This document shows positions 11,949 to 24,592 of a stretch of DNA of 64,000 nt, one piece after another. Made by a program: the position numbers and the translations under genes. This stretch comes from Diadema antillarum (taxonomy: Eukaryota). Where the stretch lies: assembly GCF_040938485.1 (NCBI RefSeq), contig NW_027271175.1, forward strand, positions 1,302,001 to 1,366,000, in the 5' to 3' direction. The stretch's first letter is position 1; each line of letters starts with the position of its first letter. The notes beneath the pieces are model-generated. The model did not search any database. It saw only the letters and a list, made by a program, of their open reading frames with translations, and was not told the DNA's origin.

Positions 11949-14900
11949 TTAATCCTCCCCGGGAGACGTCCCATTCCCCCCAGCTCACATCTCAGCCCAT
12001 GAAGCATCTTGGAGAGAGCTGAAGAAGAGTGTCCTAATAATCAAAAGGAGGGACGGGATGTGTGTGCATTTTGTGCGAAGGACAGAAGATTGACTGAGGT
12101 TTCTACCCCTTCCCCCCAACCTCTTCTTCTTTTGCTCCTCCAGTGAACAACTGCTTGTTCTTCTCTCTCTATCTCTCATTTTTCCCCTCACTGTGGGAGT
12201 ACAAGACAGTAAGAACTCACTGATCTCAGCATGTTTTCACGTCTTCGCAAAGATTACTGCCAGCAAAACAGCCAGCGCAACCTGATATTTTTTCAAACTA
12301 TCGCCATGCTTAAAGTCTCTAAACATCATGGAAAGGCTGACAGATGTTATTTTGGTATAATTTGAAGCCAGTACTGCTCTTGTGAGCATTATGGCATATC
12401 CAGTCATTTTGTGTGGCATGAAATTGAAGAGAAGTAATTCTCCTTGTGGTCCAGTGGAGTTGAAATAATAGAGGCATATTCCACATGTGCTTTGGCTTAA
12501 TGCTGTGTTCTATGAAAATAACCCTCGTTGTTCAAAGAATTTTAGGCAAGTGAAAACAAAGATTTTTCTGCGATTTTTATTCTTTTTGATCTGGGCTCTT
12601 TTTTTTTGGGGAGGGGGGGGGGGGGGGGGAGGGGGTATCAAATATATGTGAGTGTTATTAAATGAAAGACCAAAGTGGTATCAGGTATTCAGTTCATGAC
12701 ATGGCCCGTTGTTGCACGCAACATCATTTGCTCTAATGTCCACTGCATGACATGAGCAGAATGTTGGACACGAAAGTTGTTTGCATTGACCCTCTGCCAA
12801 AGAAGAGGACAGGGGGGAGCCGATCTCGGCTAAGTAGATGCGGCAGGTCGTGGAACATGAAATGGCAGGTGACGACGCCCCGTGCCAAAGCCTTGATTGT
12901 GTTGACACCAGCAGATGCAGGCAGCACGCATCTCAGTTAGGGGTGAAACAAGTAGAGCATGATTCCAGGTAGGATTGAGGGATTTTCAGGTTAACATGTT
13001 CATTGAATGGGGTTGGGAGGGGGGGGGGGGAGGGGGTGAGTGATGGTCATGGTAGAGTTTAGGTAACAGTTACTTGGAATAGCAACCTTCTGCTGCTACA
13101 TTTCGTGCAAACAAAATAATCTGTAGGACTCTTTTTGCTGCTTGTACGCCTTACATATGATGCCATTTTGGCACTTTTGAGATGGTGCATAATGTCTCTT
13201 CTGATGCCAAGCTACTTATCAGGTCCAAGGTGATAATATCTGTTGGTAAATAACTCAGAAAGCTGGGTGCATTTCTTAGCCTTTCTTGCATATCCCCTAT
13301 CATATGTCGAGAATGTTCATTGCTCATGTAAGTGCTTTGTGGAAAGATTGTTGGGGTTTTGTTTGTGTGTGTGCAGAAGTCTCAAGTAATGCTGTTGGAG
13401 CAATTGCACAAGTTGAAGTTGTAACTCGTGTCAAGCCTCACACTTGGGGCTTACACACCTGCCCAATCAGCTTGTTCGATTGTCACCCATATATGTGGCT
13501 TCAACTCTCTGCGCTTTTGTCTGTTGGCATTACAAGACAGCAGAGCATTGAAAATCATGAGTGGAAAGTTTACCCAGGTAATGTACTGCCCTTTTTTTTT
13601 TTTGACAGAGTCATGTAGATTGCCATCCCTAGTTGAGTCATCAGATTTCAGCCAGGTCTCAGTAAAAGGACTTTGACATGGTCATGAATTTGGCAGGCAA
13701 GATTAGCGTGACAACTGTCATTGTGATTTAGACACGGAAAGGTTCCCAGCATAAATAACACATGAGCTTTTGCTGCTTTGTAATGTGGAATGTTGTTTTT
13801 GTTTTTTGGTGGATTGTTTTTTCTATTTTTTTTGTCTACAATGTGAAAGTAAGAAGCGTTTTCGCCAAAAAGTGCTTGTTAGCAGCACATGGCAGTTTTG
13901 TGTTAGGTATAATTGTGTGTGTGTGTGTGTGTGTGTGTCTCTCTATATGTGTATGTTTTGGTCCTGTTGCATTGTTCTTTGTATTACCGAGGAACATAGT
14001 AACTTATGTGATGTAATTTCTTCAACTGCTAGGGAGTATTGAGACATTTGAAATGCTGTAGATAATGCATTCTTTGCTTTGTAAGTAGTAAATGCTGGTA
14101 ACATCCAAGTTAGATGTGAGTTTTGTAAAGAAGGAGAGTGTAGAGTGAATGCAGAATGATTGGAAAGATGCATTACATTGTATTGAACAAACGTAGCACT
14201 GCTCAGTTGAAATCTGAAAAAAAAAAAGTGATTAAAATAATTGAGATATAATAAGTGAGTACTAAAATGCAAAGGCTTAATGCATGTGGTAACTTAAAAC
14301 CTGTGCTGCAGAGTTTTTGCAGTTACTATCCTGCGGTGTGAATGATCTATCTTGAATATATAGTTAGATCTTTTTTGTTTTCCACAAAGGTGGTAGTAAA
14401 ACACAAAACAACATTTTTTCCTGTGTCTGCAGAGTGCACAGAGAGAAGTGTTATGATGAAATGCAATTTTGATGGTATTTCGTACAAGAAAACCTGTTTG
14501 AAGAGAGAACAAATGCTAACCTATTGTTGCCCTACCTAGTTTACATGACTCATAATTTACACCTTACTCAAAGATCTTTAAAAGAGCTACGGCATGTCTT
14601 ATGTAAGCACAGAATATGAAATAATCATAAGAAAAAGATTTTTTTTTCTCAGATCGGAGGGGGCCATGCTGGGACCATGTATGCTTCATTGCAAAAGTTG
14701 ACAACAGCCTTGTTTGAGAGAAAAAAATGAGAAAAAAAAAATCAAGAATACCTTAACTTTAATGTTCAGTGATTTTTTTTTTTTTCGTTTTTTCTTGTCT
14801 TTCTTTTTTTTATATTTGAAATCCCCCGGGGTCAATAGGACATGAAAACAGCTCCTCCCTAGATCGTATGTAATGCATGTGTGAAACATGCAGTGAATGT

Positions 14901-17067
14901 CATGGATGTCAAATTCCAAAAGTGCCCTGTCATGCTCCTTTGCATGCGTCATGCCTCGGAGACACAACATGCCCGCCAGCGCGGATGCTGCGGACGCTCA
15001 TGGGTCTCATTTCCAGCGCTGTCAGAAAGAATCGAGCCCCGTCTGTCCCGGTGATTTCGCGATCGGGAGGCGGATGGACGGAGTCACTTGCGATGACACC
15101 CGTTTTGAGATTGTGACATTCGGGGAGTAAATTTGTTGTGTCATCCACCTGTCTCTTTGGTGGCTCCCGCCCGTGATTCACTTTACCCACGAAAGATAAT
15201 AGGAGTTCAGATTGGAGATTTGGGTGGTGGTTTGATGGTTCAACACCGGTTCAGAAGGAGGGGGTGAATCCTCACTCCAGAAGTGGGTAGCACAGTGAGT
15301 GAGGGAAAAAATAATGAAGTGTGCTGGGATCTTTCTCATTTTGTCCTTTTTTTTGTCTTTTTTTTTTGGTACGCTGACCATAAAGTTTGTTTGGAGTACA
15401 GACTATACTGTGTATTTACGAAGGTGTGTTGATTCATCAGTGGCTCAATTGAACGCTGTGTTCGTTATCGTTTGCAGTAAATTCATTACATCTCTTTCAG
15501 TCAAGATCAGGGGCAGTGTGCGAGTCATCATCACACACTGTGATAAAGATGGATTTGCTTTTCACTTCTTCAAGTATTTTCGGGTGGAGCTGATGGGGTG
15601 TCATTATGTTACTGTTTGTTTTAGGGGTTTTTGATCAGCTTATCATGCATTATCTCTGTATTTTCACACAGATGCAAGGTGTAGATTGTGACAACTGCTT
15701 TTGGTATAGATCTCCTTATTTTGCAGTTTTAACCTTTTCTTCAAACATTCCCCCCCCCCCCCCCAAAAAGGGAAAAAAAGAGAAGAATAAATTCTAATGG
15801 GGGTTTCCTGCTGTGCAGAGAATCAAGGAACCTTGGTAAGTTGCCGTTTCCTCCCAAGAGAGTAATTACGTCAACAATGGGGTAGAGCAACTGTGAAAAT
15901 GTCGAGACAATAGGGAGGGAATTACTAGTCTGCCATGATGCAGGATGACTTGGCATAAAAAAACAAAGCTAAACAAAGCAAAGAGAGCACAGATAAAATA
16001 GAATAACAAAACAACAACAGCATGTCATTCAGGCGTTGCGGGGGAATGTTATTTACTAATTAACTTTGACTGGTGCACACACAGTGACCTTCTGAAACAA
16101 TGTCCAAGTTTTATTGGATATCTCTGTTCCTTCACAAACCCAATTTCCAGAAGTCGTCTGAAATGCAGAGTATTCAGCATAACATTTGCAATTCAAGAAA
16201 TTTTCTGATCGTTTTTCGTTTACCAAAATTCGAGGCGAAGGCGCACCACCCATTTCCGTGCAATTCTTACATGCAAGTCTGGCCAATCAGCAAGGAAATG
16301 TCATGTTCTCGGCTTGCTTGCTTGCCACCATTGTATGAGCTAACAAGATAAGTGAGACTTTTTGGAGTGGATTGCAAATATTCTGCACATGTCTGGTAAT
16401 TTGTAACTAGTATGTGTTTTTCATATCTCTTTGTTTGCATTTGGCATCAGCAGTTCAGGATAAGACAGTTAAGGAAACAGACAAGGGAATTTGTTTAGAA
16501 TGGGAAATACATGTATAAGCTGTGTGACTCGTTGTGCAAGTACTTGTTATTTAGTGTGAGAATGTTACGTTGGACAAGGACGAAGTTTCCTTAAAACAGG
16601 TCAAGGTCATACTTACTGGTCCAAAATGAAGAGAAGCTTTTTAGTTTTTCAACTGTCATCCCGCAATTCCCGCTCACCAACTTCTGTTTGTGACTTTTAA
16701 TTGTCATGTAATGTAATTTGTGGAAGCAGCGAAGTGGTTTCCGCATTGCTTTGAATGAAGGATGTACAGAGTCAATATTAATGTTATCGTATGTATCAAC
16801 ATAAGCTTGCAGCCTTGTAAATACTTGTATAACATGTCACTGATTTTTGTATTTTGCATATTGTACAGTTAAATAAAAGTAACCTGAATGCACTTGGAAG
16901 TAAACTGTGTCTTCATTTTCCCCTTCCAAGACCAAACATGTGGGTCAGTGGAGGTAATTTTTGTTTTAAAATTAGACTGCCATCTCCTGGTGAAAAATGT
17001 AGAGTAGTGGGAGACCAAATACATTTGGACTCTCATTAAACAACTTCCTCAAGACAGGTGAAATCAC

Positions 17068-17215
17068 CTGGGTCCCATTTCATAAAACTTGTAATCATGA
17101 ACAGCTGCCACATTTCTATGACAAATTTGCTCAGCCAATCAGATGCAAGGATTTCACTAGCTTATAACAACTATCGTAACTTGTTATTGGCATCTAGTTT
17201 TATGAAACGGGGCCA
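17068..17215. mobile_element. MITE related to 1455-1594
   Basis: Termini ctgggtcccatttcataaaact / agttttatgaaacggggcca; shared core aaatttgctc-agccaatcagatgcaaggatttca. Confidence 0.7.
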
Positions 17216-17829
17216 TAGTCTTTGATCTGCAAGCACTGATATTTTGCTGTATCATTCCTTAATAAAAATATGTAGAAACTCTGAACTTTTGGTCAAGAAA
17301 ATTCACTTCATCATCATGAGAGAAAAATACTATATATCAGTGATGTTTGTTTTTGTAAGAAAAGCTGATGATGACTTTAAACACATTCTATTGAGCATTA
17401 TTTTTTTTTCTTGTGTGTGAGACAATGTGCTTTAATGTCTTCATTGATGCAAGAGTTCAGAGTTATTACGATGGGGGGGGGGGGGGGTGATGGTGGCAGA
17501 TGGGTGTGGGCGACTGTTGGAAGTTTAAAGTTGACTCAGATAGAACCAAATCACAACAATTGAAGTGGTAGATGCATTAATAATGATGCTTTAATAATGC
17601 TTTACCACAAAAAAATAAATAAATAAAAATAAGTTATGCAATGTGAAATTTAACTTGATTTTGTAAAACAATGATACCAGTCACAATCCCATGGGCAAAT
17701 TAGACAAGTCAGTAATGTCAGTGAGTTGTTACAACTCTCCCATTGATTTGAACAGAAGTTAAATATGAGAATATTATTTTGTCAATTCAGCCAAGTATAG
17801 CCCTTGCCCATTAACCAAGGAAATTCTGC

Positions 17830-18510
17830 TTAAAGGACAAGTTCTCCTTACAGACATGTGGATTGAGTAAATGCAGCAACATCAGTAGGACACATTAGTG
17901 AAAGTTTGAGGAAAATAGACAGTCCGTTAAAAAGTTATGAATTTTTAAAGTATCTTGGCAGTCACTGCTGAATGAGAACAGTTTATGTCACGTGCATACA
18001 ATACCATATAGAGAAAATATAATTTCATTTTTTGAAAAAACATATCTCCTCATCTTGTTACTGATATATGTTAAGGGTAATATTATTTCCCCTACCTTCT
18101 GAAAGAGGCAAGCCAAGTGATCCTTTATTATGCGGGAAAAAATGAAAATCTGTTGAGTTTTCTCTGTATTTTCCTCAATATTTTCTCTATGTCGTACTAC
18201 CCATGTGACATTACAGGCTGTACAATGTAGTAGTCTTCTCATCCAGTAATGGCGGCATTGAAACTTCAAAAATTCATAACTTTTTAATGGATTGTCAAAC
18301 TTTCTTCAAACCTTCACAAATGTGTTCTGCTAATACAGTGGTGGATCCAGAGGGGTGTGCACCAAGCACACACCCCCTCTTAATTTTTTTGTTAAAACAA
18401 AAGAAATAATGCCCCCCCCCCCCCCAATTTTGTAATGACACCTCCCCTTTACGGAATTCCTGGATCCACCCCTGCTAATATTGCTGCATTCACTCCGTCC
18501 ACATGTAAAT
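17830..18510. mobile_element. TTAA-flanked long-TIR MITE (Kolobok-like by inference), interrupted by a nested element
   Basis: Starts ttaaaggacaagttc...tgtggattgagt..atgcagcaa..tcag...gtgaaagtttgaggaaaa. Inverted arm at about 18230-18510. Homologous to 63067-63628. Confidence 0.75.
18336..18474. mobile_element. 139-bp MITE with CAG(T/G)GG.GGATCCAG TIRs and a 6-bp target-site duplication
   Basis: cagtggtggatccag...ctggatccacccctg flanked on both sides by ctaata (18330-18335, 18475-18480). Confidence 0.85.
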
Positions 18511-21504
18511 AACATGTTCTCTAACTTTTCTAACTCTTCAACTGATGTAAAGTACTAAGTAAAAAGAATTTTTTTAACATGTGGAGGTGATTTAGTAAAA
18601 TGTGTGTGCAAGTTGATGGGAGACTTGTACAGCAGTGACACCATCACGAGGAACATTACCTCATCTAATTTGCATATGAAACTGCGATTGATATTTTCAT
18701 TTGGGAAATATGTGGCGCTCGATGATTCCATGTTTGGGGGTTTTCAGTCAGATTTTGCTGAAACTGGCAGGTCAGTTCATTTGATTTCTCTATTTATTGA
18801 AGGCAGCACAAGCATGGAATTATTGTGGCAAGGAAAAAACAATAACAGCATGAAGAGGGATGAGAGATTATTTGTTCAAGAAAGAAGGCAAGGAGAGAAT
18901 GAGTGAGAGAGAACACTTCTTTTTTAATGTATATGAATATAATATAGCACTGTATACGCCAAATATTTTGTGAGTCGGGTAACGTGCTATTTGCAAAATT
19001 AAAGACACACAAAAATAACGACTCTGATCCTGATCTCAATCTGCCGCACATGTATACATTTCTCCCTTCAGTACAGTACTCCATGATCGCGAATTTAACC
19101 ACTCGCAAAATTGTTGGGAAGTCCCATCTTACAAAACTTTAGACTTGCTAAATATATGGAGTATACAGGACATGCGCGAGGCGTTTCAACATCTTTTTAT
19201 TTGGAAGTTGGATGTAGCTTGTCTAAGTCAATGAATGAAATAGACTACCGGTGGTACATCTAGTGATGTTGTGGTACTACACTTTATTTGTCAAGCTTTT
19301 GACCTCCTTGTCCATCTGTGTACATTTACGCATAATTCAGGCATTGATATGACGTTCAAATTTCCACTCATGATTTTAGTCACACAGTCAACCTTGCCTA
19401 TAAAGTCGAATCTTTTTGGACTAAGGAAATAGCTTCAACTTAGAGAAAATTTGACGTATGAGGGATTAAAATCTTTAGAATAAAAGAGAAGAGGACATGA
19501 AAAAACCTTCAACTTAGGCAATTGTTTGACTTATGCGAGGTCGACTTAAGCAAGGTTGACCGTAGTTTTAGTTGGTTGTACAGCCACTACCGAGGTCAAG
19601 AAGGCCGAAAGCTTGGCAAATACAGTCAAATCCCAAATCAACGAAGTCCTTGGGACCAGCATTTTTTTCTTTCCTTACATCGATATTTTGTTATAACCAA
19701 ACAAAACAATAAAAAACATATAACGTTTAATGTTGCGGTCTTAATTTTTACTTCGTTGTAACCAGAATTTCGTTTTACATGTAATGGGAGTGCCCTGTAT
19801 AAAGTGCAGTACAGCAATGCCACTGGATGTACCAGCCTATTTCATTCATATGTGTATGTATGTATATAATATATTATCACACACACATGCACACACACAC
19901 TCATTAAACAGTTGAAGAGTAGATAAAGATGGTAACCAGAGCTTCTCTACCCCTCCAGCTGATGCACAGTACAGTAATTTATGTGTTGCCCTCTAATGGC
20001 GGCATAAAAATGCTTGATGTTCTCAGATTCACAAACTTCAGCTACACAAGGCTTTCTACTTCTCTTTCTGTCACACACACACACACACATACACACAAAC
20101 ACATACATACATGTACATACAAGAGTTTGTTGTTTGTTTTTTTCTTACATCTACAGTACCTTGTATACATCACAACTAACATGACAAAAAGCCAAATGCC
20201 AGTTTATGAACATATCCAACATTTATACACACCATTTTGATTTTTACACAACTTCTTGAAAGTCCTCCGACATCCATTACACAATGATTTCTGGTGATGT
20301 CAATAAATCCACAAATTATAAAGTCTGGAACTCTTTGATCAAAATCAATACCACACCCACAGAGCTCCTACCCCCCCCCCCCCCCCCAAAAAAAAAAAAA
20401 AGATTGCCTACATGATGTTGACAATAAAGTCTGTTTTTAAAAATGAGCACCATTAATCCTAATGTTTTGCACCTTATCTTGGCTAATGCATAAACTCACT
20501 AAGTTTAATATGAAGTAAACAGGAACATGTAAATCTTACATATTACACCTTGTTCAAAGTGTACTAGGCCGGGGGGAGGGGGTGGGGGGGGGGGGGGGGT
20601 GGAGGATGCAAATAATGATAAAGTTGGTTCCTCGGTACTTTATTGCTACTCAAAAGTTGACCGCAACCTATAGGTGTGATCCTCTTTGCAGTTGATAACA
20701 TGTGAAAACGGTCCGGTTAAGTCTGACAGATAGTACCGGTATTCAAATTACGGCACTGTACATTTGAATTGCTTATTCAGCTAGAAAAGTGTATTGTGAC
20801 ACAAATGCAAACATACAAATGTCTATTGTAGATACACCTGTGCTTTACACAAACTCCCATCACAGTGAATACTGGTACATGTAGTATGACAAATGGAAGG
20901 ACAAAACACATTACATGTATACTGCCTTCTTCATATCCCATCATGTCAACAATTTGAAAATGCTGCCCTCTTTTGACCCATTCTGGAATACTCAATTCTA
21001 CAGATGACATTTGAGGACAAGATTTGTTTACTCTTCAATACTGTAGCTTTTGTTATGAGGTTGCAGCTTGCCTTACATGCTTGAAACTGGTTTTTTACTT
21101 CTGGTACTACTTGGTTTATAGTACTCTTCATTGCATCTGATTTCAAAATAGTTGTTTGATATGGTGAGAATAGGCCAAGAGTTACCATTAATACCAGTAA
21201 GGCAGGGTACATTCCGAACACCAAAACAACACTCCCATGTGACAAGATGAAAGAGTGTAAAGTGTAGAATCAAGGCTGGAAGCCACTCCTCCACAATGAT
21301 TTGCTGTGGTCAAAATCCTGTCAATAGGGGCAATTAATTTGCACAATTTCATTGTGTTACAGGATAACATAATTAATGAAATTCTTGCATTGAGCTGTTT
21401 TTACAGCAACTGATATAACAAATTGCCCTACATCAACGTAAACGTGCACTGAATTAATCAGTGTTTTAGTAGTAGCCATGATTAGAAAACAAAAATCACT
21501 GGCA

Positions 21505-21580
21505 TACATACTCGAGCATGATTCGAATCTACGACTTCCTGATCACCGGACAGGCATCTTATCCACTAGCTTCCGCCAGA
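21505..21580 (-). repeat. tRNA-derived SINE head or tRNA pseudogene
   Basis: Minus strand reads GGCGGAAGCTAGTGGATAAGATGCCTGTCCGGTGATCAGGAAGTCGTAGATTCGAATC: A-box-like TAGTGG, CCTG/CAGG stem, B-box-like TTCGAATC. No intact acceptor stem. Confidence 0.55.
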
Positions 21581-21787
21581 CAACCAGTGCTGGTTGTACA
21601 TCCTTATAGCATTTAGCGCGTACTGCATATTTTATTGAAATCAATGAAATTCTTGCGTCAGTTGTTTATAACTTTGATCGGAGTGTACATATTTCTCTTT
21701 TTATCATTCAAAAAAGTCCAACATGAAGATTTCAGATTCACCTCACTTCAAAGATGGACACTGTTGTTAAGTATAACAAGATGCCGG

Positions 21788-21860
21788 TCTGGGGGCCGAG
21801 AGTGGTGATGTAATGATGTTGACGCGAAGTGAGAATCGATATGGGTTCAAACTAGATGGG
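21788..21860 (+). repeat. Degenerate tRNA-like SINE remnant
   Basis: A-box-like ggccgagagtggt and B-box-like gggttcaaac about 45 nt apart. No cloverleaf. Confidence 0.3.
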
Positions 21861-21949
21861 TGAGCAGTGTGGATGGCAAGCAATCCAGTGATGCAAGAGA
21901 ATCAATACAGCATCCACTTTTACATACACACACACAAAACTTAGTGTGA

Positions 21950-23633
21950 TCAGTGTTCTCTAGTTTTGGGGTCCTCATCCTCTTCAAGCGAGGCCCTCAG
22001 TTCTCGCAGCCTCTCCAACTTCTGCCTTGTCCTGCGCTTCCTCTCCTCTCGCTTCCTGTGCATGGTCCGCTCCATCTGGGCGATGATGCTCTTGTCGCCA
22101 TGGAGATGCTGGTCCAGCTTCTCCCGCATCAGGAGACGGGCAATCTTCTGGTTCTCACTCTGAGACCTGGTCTGATGGCACTGTGAGGGGGGAAGAAATT
22201 CATCAATGAAGTTGGAAGTTTTCAACGAAGTCAAGTTATACTGTGAGCAAATGTGCGTGAGTGTTAGTTGGTCGGGGGCGAGATGGTTGCGGGGGGAGAG
22301 GGAGGAAAGAAAGATGACAATGACAAGAGCAGGGCATGAGAATAACTAGGAAGATTTATAGGACAGATATCTTTTTTTTATCTTTTCACCAAGTGTATTG
22401 ATAAACTAGGTCATGTCAGCTACATATAGGACTAATTTTGCAAATTGCAAACCATTAATAAATAAGAAGATGATAACTCCCAGAATCAAGTAATTAATGA
22501 AGACTCAAAGATTCTCTAAGGGCTCAATGATAAATGCTCACATTTAACTGCAAGAAGGGGCATAAGATAACATCAATTCTTTTACTCTTCTGATTGTCAC
22601 ATGCACTGAAAGTGTAAAAATGGGCCGCTACTTCCATTATGATATCCACTCTGATCAAACACCCTATTACTACTGCTTATAAGGTTATCTAGGAAAATAC
22701 TATCACATCAGAATCTATGAGGTGCCTCCCCCCACCCCCCGCCCCCACCCCATCCCTAGTGGTGGTAGCCATGCACATCAATAATCCCGGAATGCTCCTT
22801 TAAAGAGTTTCACTGAACTCACAAACCTTGACAGTGATACCCGTTGGGATGTGCTTAAGCACAACACAGTTGCTGGTCTTGTTTGTGGCTTGGCCTCCGG
22901 GCCCAGAGCCGCGGACGAACGATTCCTGTAGCTCCTCCTCCTTGAGTTCCGGGAGCTTGCTCCAGATCTTCTTGCGGAGTTTGTCCCTGGTGGTGGTGGT
23001 GGATGCAAATCGCACAATGGCTGCAGCATGCCGAGTGTCCATCATTGCCTGTGACTTCCACATCCCAAGCACCATGCTACCCCTCAGCTCTATCACTGAA
23101 GGTTTAATGTTGAATCCACAGTGCAAGGATCGATGGATGGCTCTCAGCGGAGAATTGCAATGCAGGGCAAGCATTTGAGTTGCAGTGGGTGATGGAGTGA
23201 TGTCATTTTCTAAGCGCTTTATACCTTGTGTTGTAGCACTAAATCTACTGATCTTCTTTGGAATCAAAGTTCTGCCAACTTGCACCGTGGCAGGTGTTCG
23301 TAAGTGGTTTGTCCTTTGACATTGTGAGTGCTGCTTTTGCCTCTCTCTCCAAGCCCATCCAGGTTCATTCCACACATGCTCAGTGATACAAGAACATGCT
23401 ATTCTATGGTGCTGCATCCAAGGGGTCTTGAGGCATTTCTCCATCATGTCTGCACTGCAACCCTGCTTGCCAAAAATGCCATCTTTTCTCAATGTACCTG
23501 TCTGACGGGCCTGAATTCCACTGGACAATTTCAGGGACGTGATGCATGAAGGCAAAGACACAAGATGGTTCTGACGAAGGATAACACACCAGGCAGACGT
23601 CAAACACCGTGCATACTTCTGATTCAGCACCAT
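21950..23633 (-). CDS. MTRFR: Mitochondrial translation release factor in rescue (C12orf65); complement(join(21950..22180,22827..23633)), 345 aa from the first ATG or 192 aa from ATG 23174
   Basis: RF-1 GGQ domain FVRGSGPGGQATNKTSNCVVLKHIPTGITVK|CHQTRSQSENQKIAR matches human C12orf65, followed by the basic helical tail (KREERKRRTRQKLERLR). Phase-0 GT-AG intron 22181-22826. The start codon is uncertain. Confidence 0.92.
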
Positions 23634-24404
23634 CTTTCACACTATCCCTGGCCTGGATCTCTGCAGCTGCGCATCACATGACAGTCCTGAACAGAAACAG
23701 ATTGGGGGCGGGGGGGCATCACAGAAAGGTATACAGAATTACTGGGTTTTTAGTCTCTTATCTGCTTATTAAATTTAACACAGTTAGGGCCTAGACCAGT
23801 ACAGCAGAAAAAAACTAACACTGTTAGTTTAGTGTTAGGGCCTAGACTCTTGCAATTTAAAGGATCTACACGTATATTGCTTAATTCAAGACAATCGTTG
23901 ATACTTTGATCTTCGTTTGCAGCCTCGCAAGGCAAGGTCTATTGATCCATCGTAAAAGGAAATAAAATCCGCTTTTAGCTAGACAAAAGGAAATACTGAG
24001 TGTCGAGTGTAAATTTAATGTGAGATTACGTGCCGAGAACGTAGAACCTCACTCCTCAGACCACCAGGCATACAAACACAGCATTGAACACATGGGACTG
24101 TAGCTAACATTATACGTGACTGATCACAGATTCTTGGTCTCGCTACTCCACCTTTTCAAGATCGAGCTAAAAACGCAGTTGTTTAAGTATGCCAGTAATG
24201 CCGTAATTCCAATGTTTTTCTTGCATTTTGTGGTTGTTTTGAGATGAAGTAATGTTGAATTAAGGTCTCACCTCTCTGCAGAGCTGCGCCAGGAGAGACG
24301 CTCACACTCCGTACTCCACGGTTGACTGTGACAGAAAGTGCAAGTGTAAACCCCCCGCTGCCCCCCCCCCCCCCCCCCCCCCCCCTCAACTCCTTGATAC
24401 ACTA

Positions 24405-24592
24405 GTATACGAATAATTTATGAGTTGTGAGTGCGTCAGGGCACGAATATCGCACGAGGCGCGAGATAAGCCGCTGGTCTATTCAACAAGGCGCGTAGCG
24501 CCGCGTTGAATAGACCAGTGGCGAATCTCGCACCGAGTGCGATATTACGTGCCCCAATGCACGAACAAAATCATAAATTATTCGTTTTATAC
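24405..24592. mobile_element. Palindromic non-autonomous element in the MTRFR 5' intron
   Basis: gtatacgaataatttatga...gggcacg.aatatcgcac...ctggtctattcaac [aaggcgcgtagcgccgc] gttgaatagaccag...gtgcgatatt.cgtgccc...tcataaattattcgttttatac. Confidence 0.75.

Noticed and set aside
23404-23640. 78-aa alternative-frame ORF in the MTRFR exon
   Set aside because: GTG start and no recognisable motif; the overlapping main frame explains the region.
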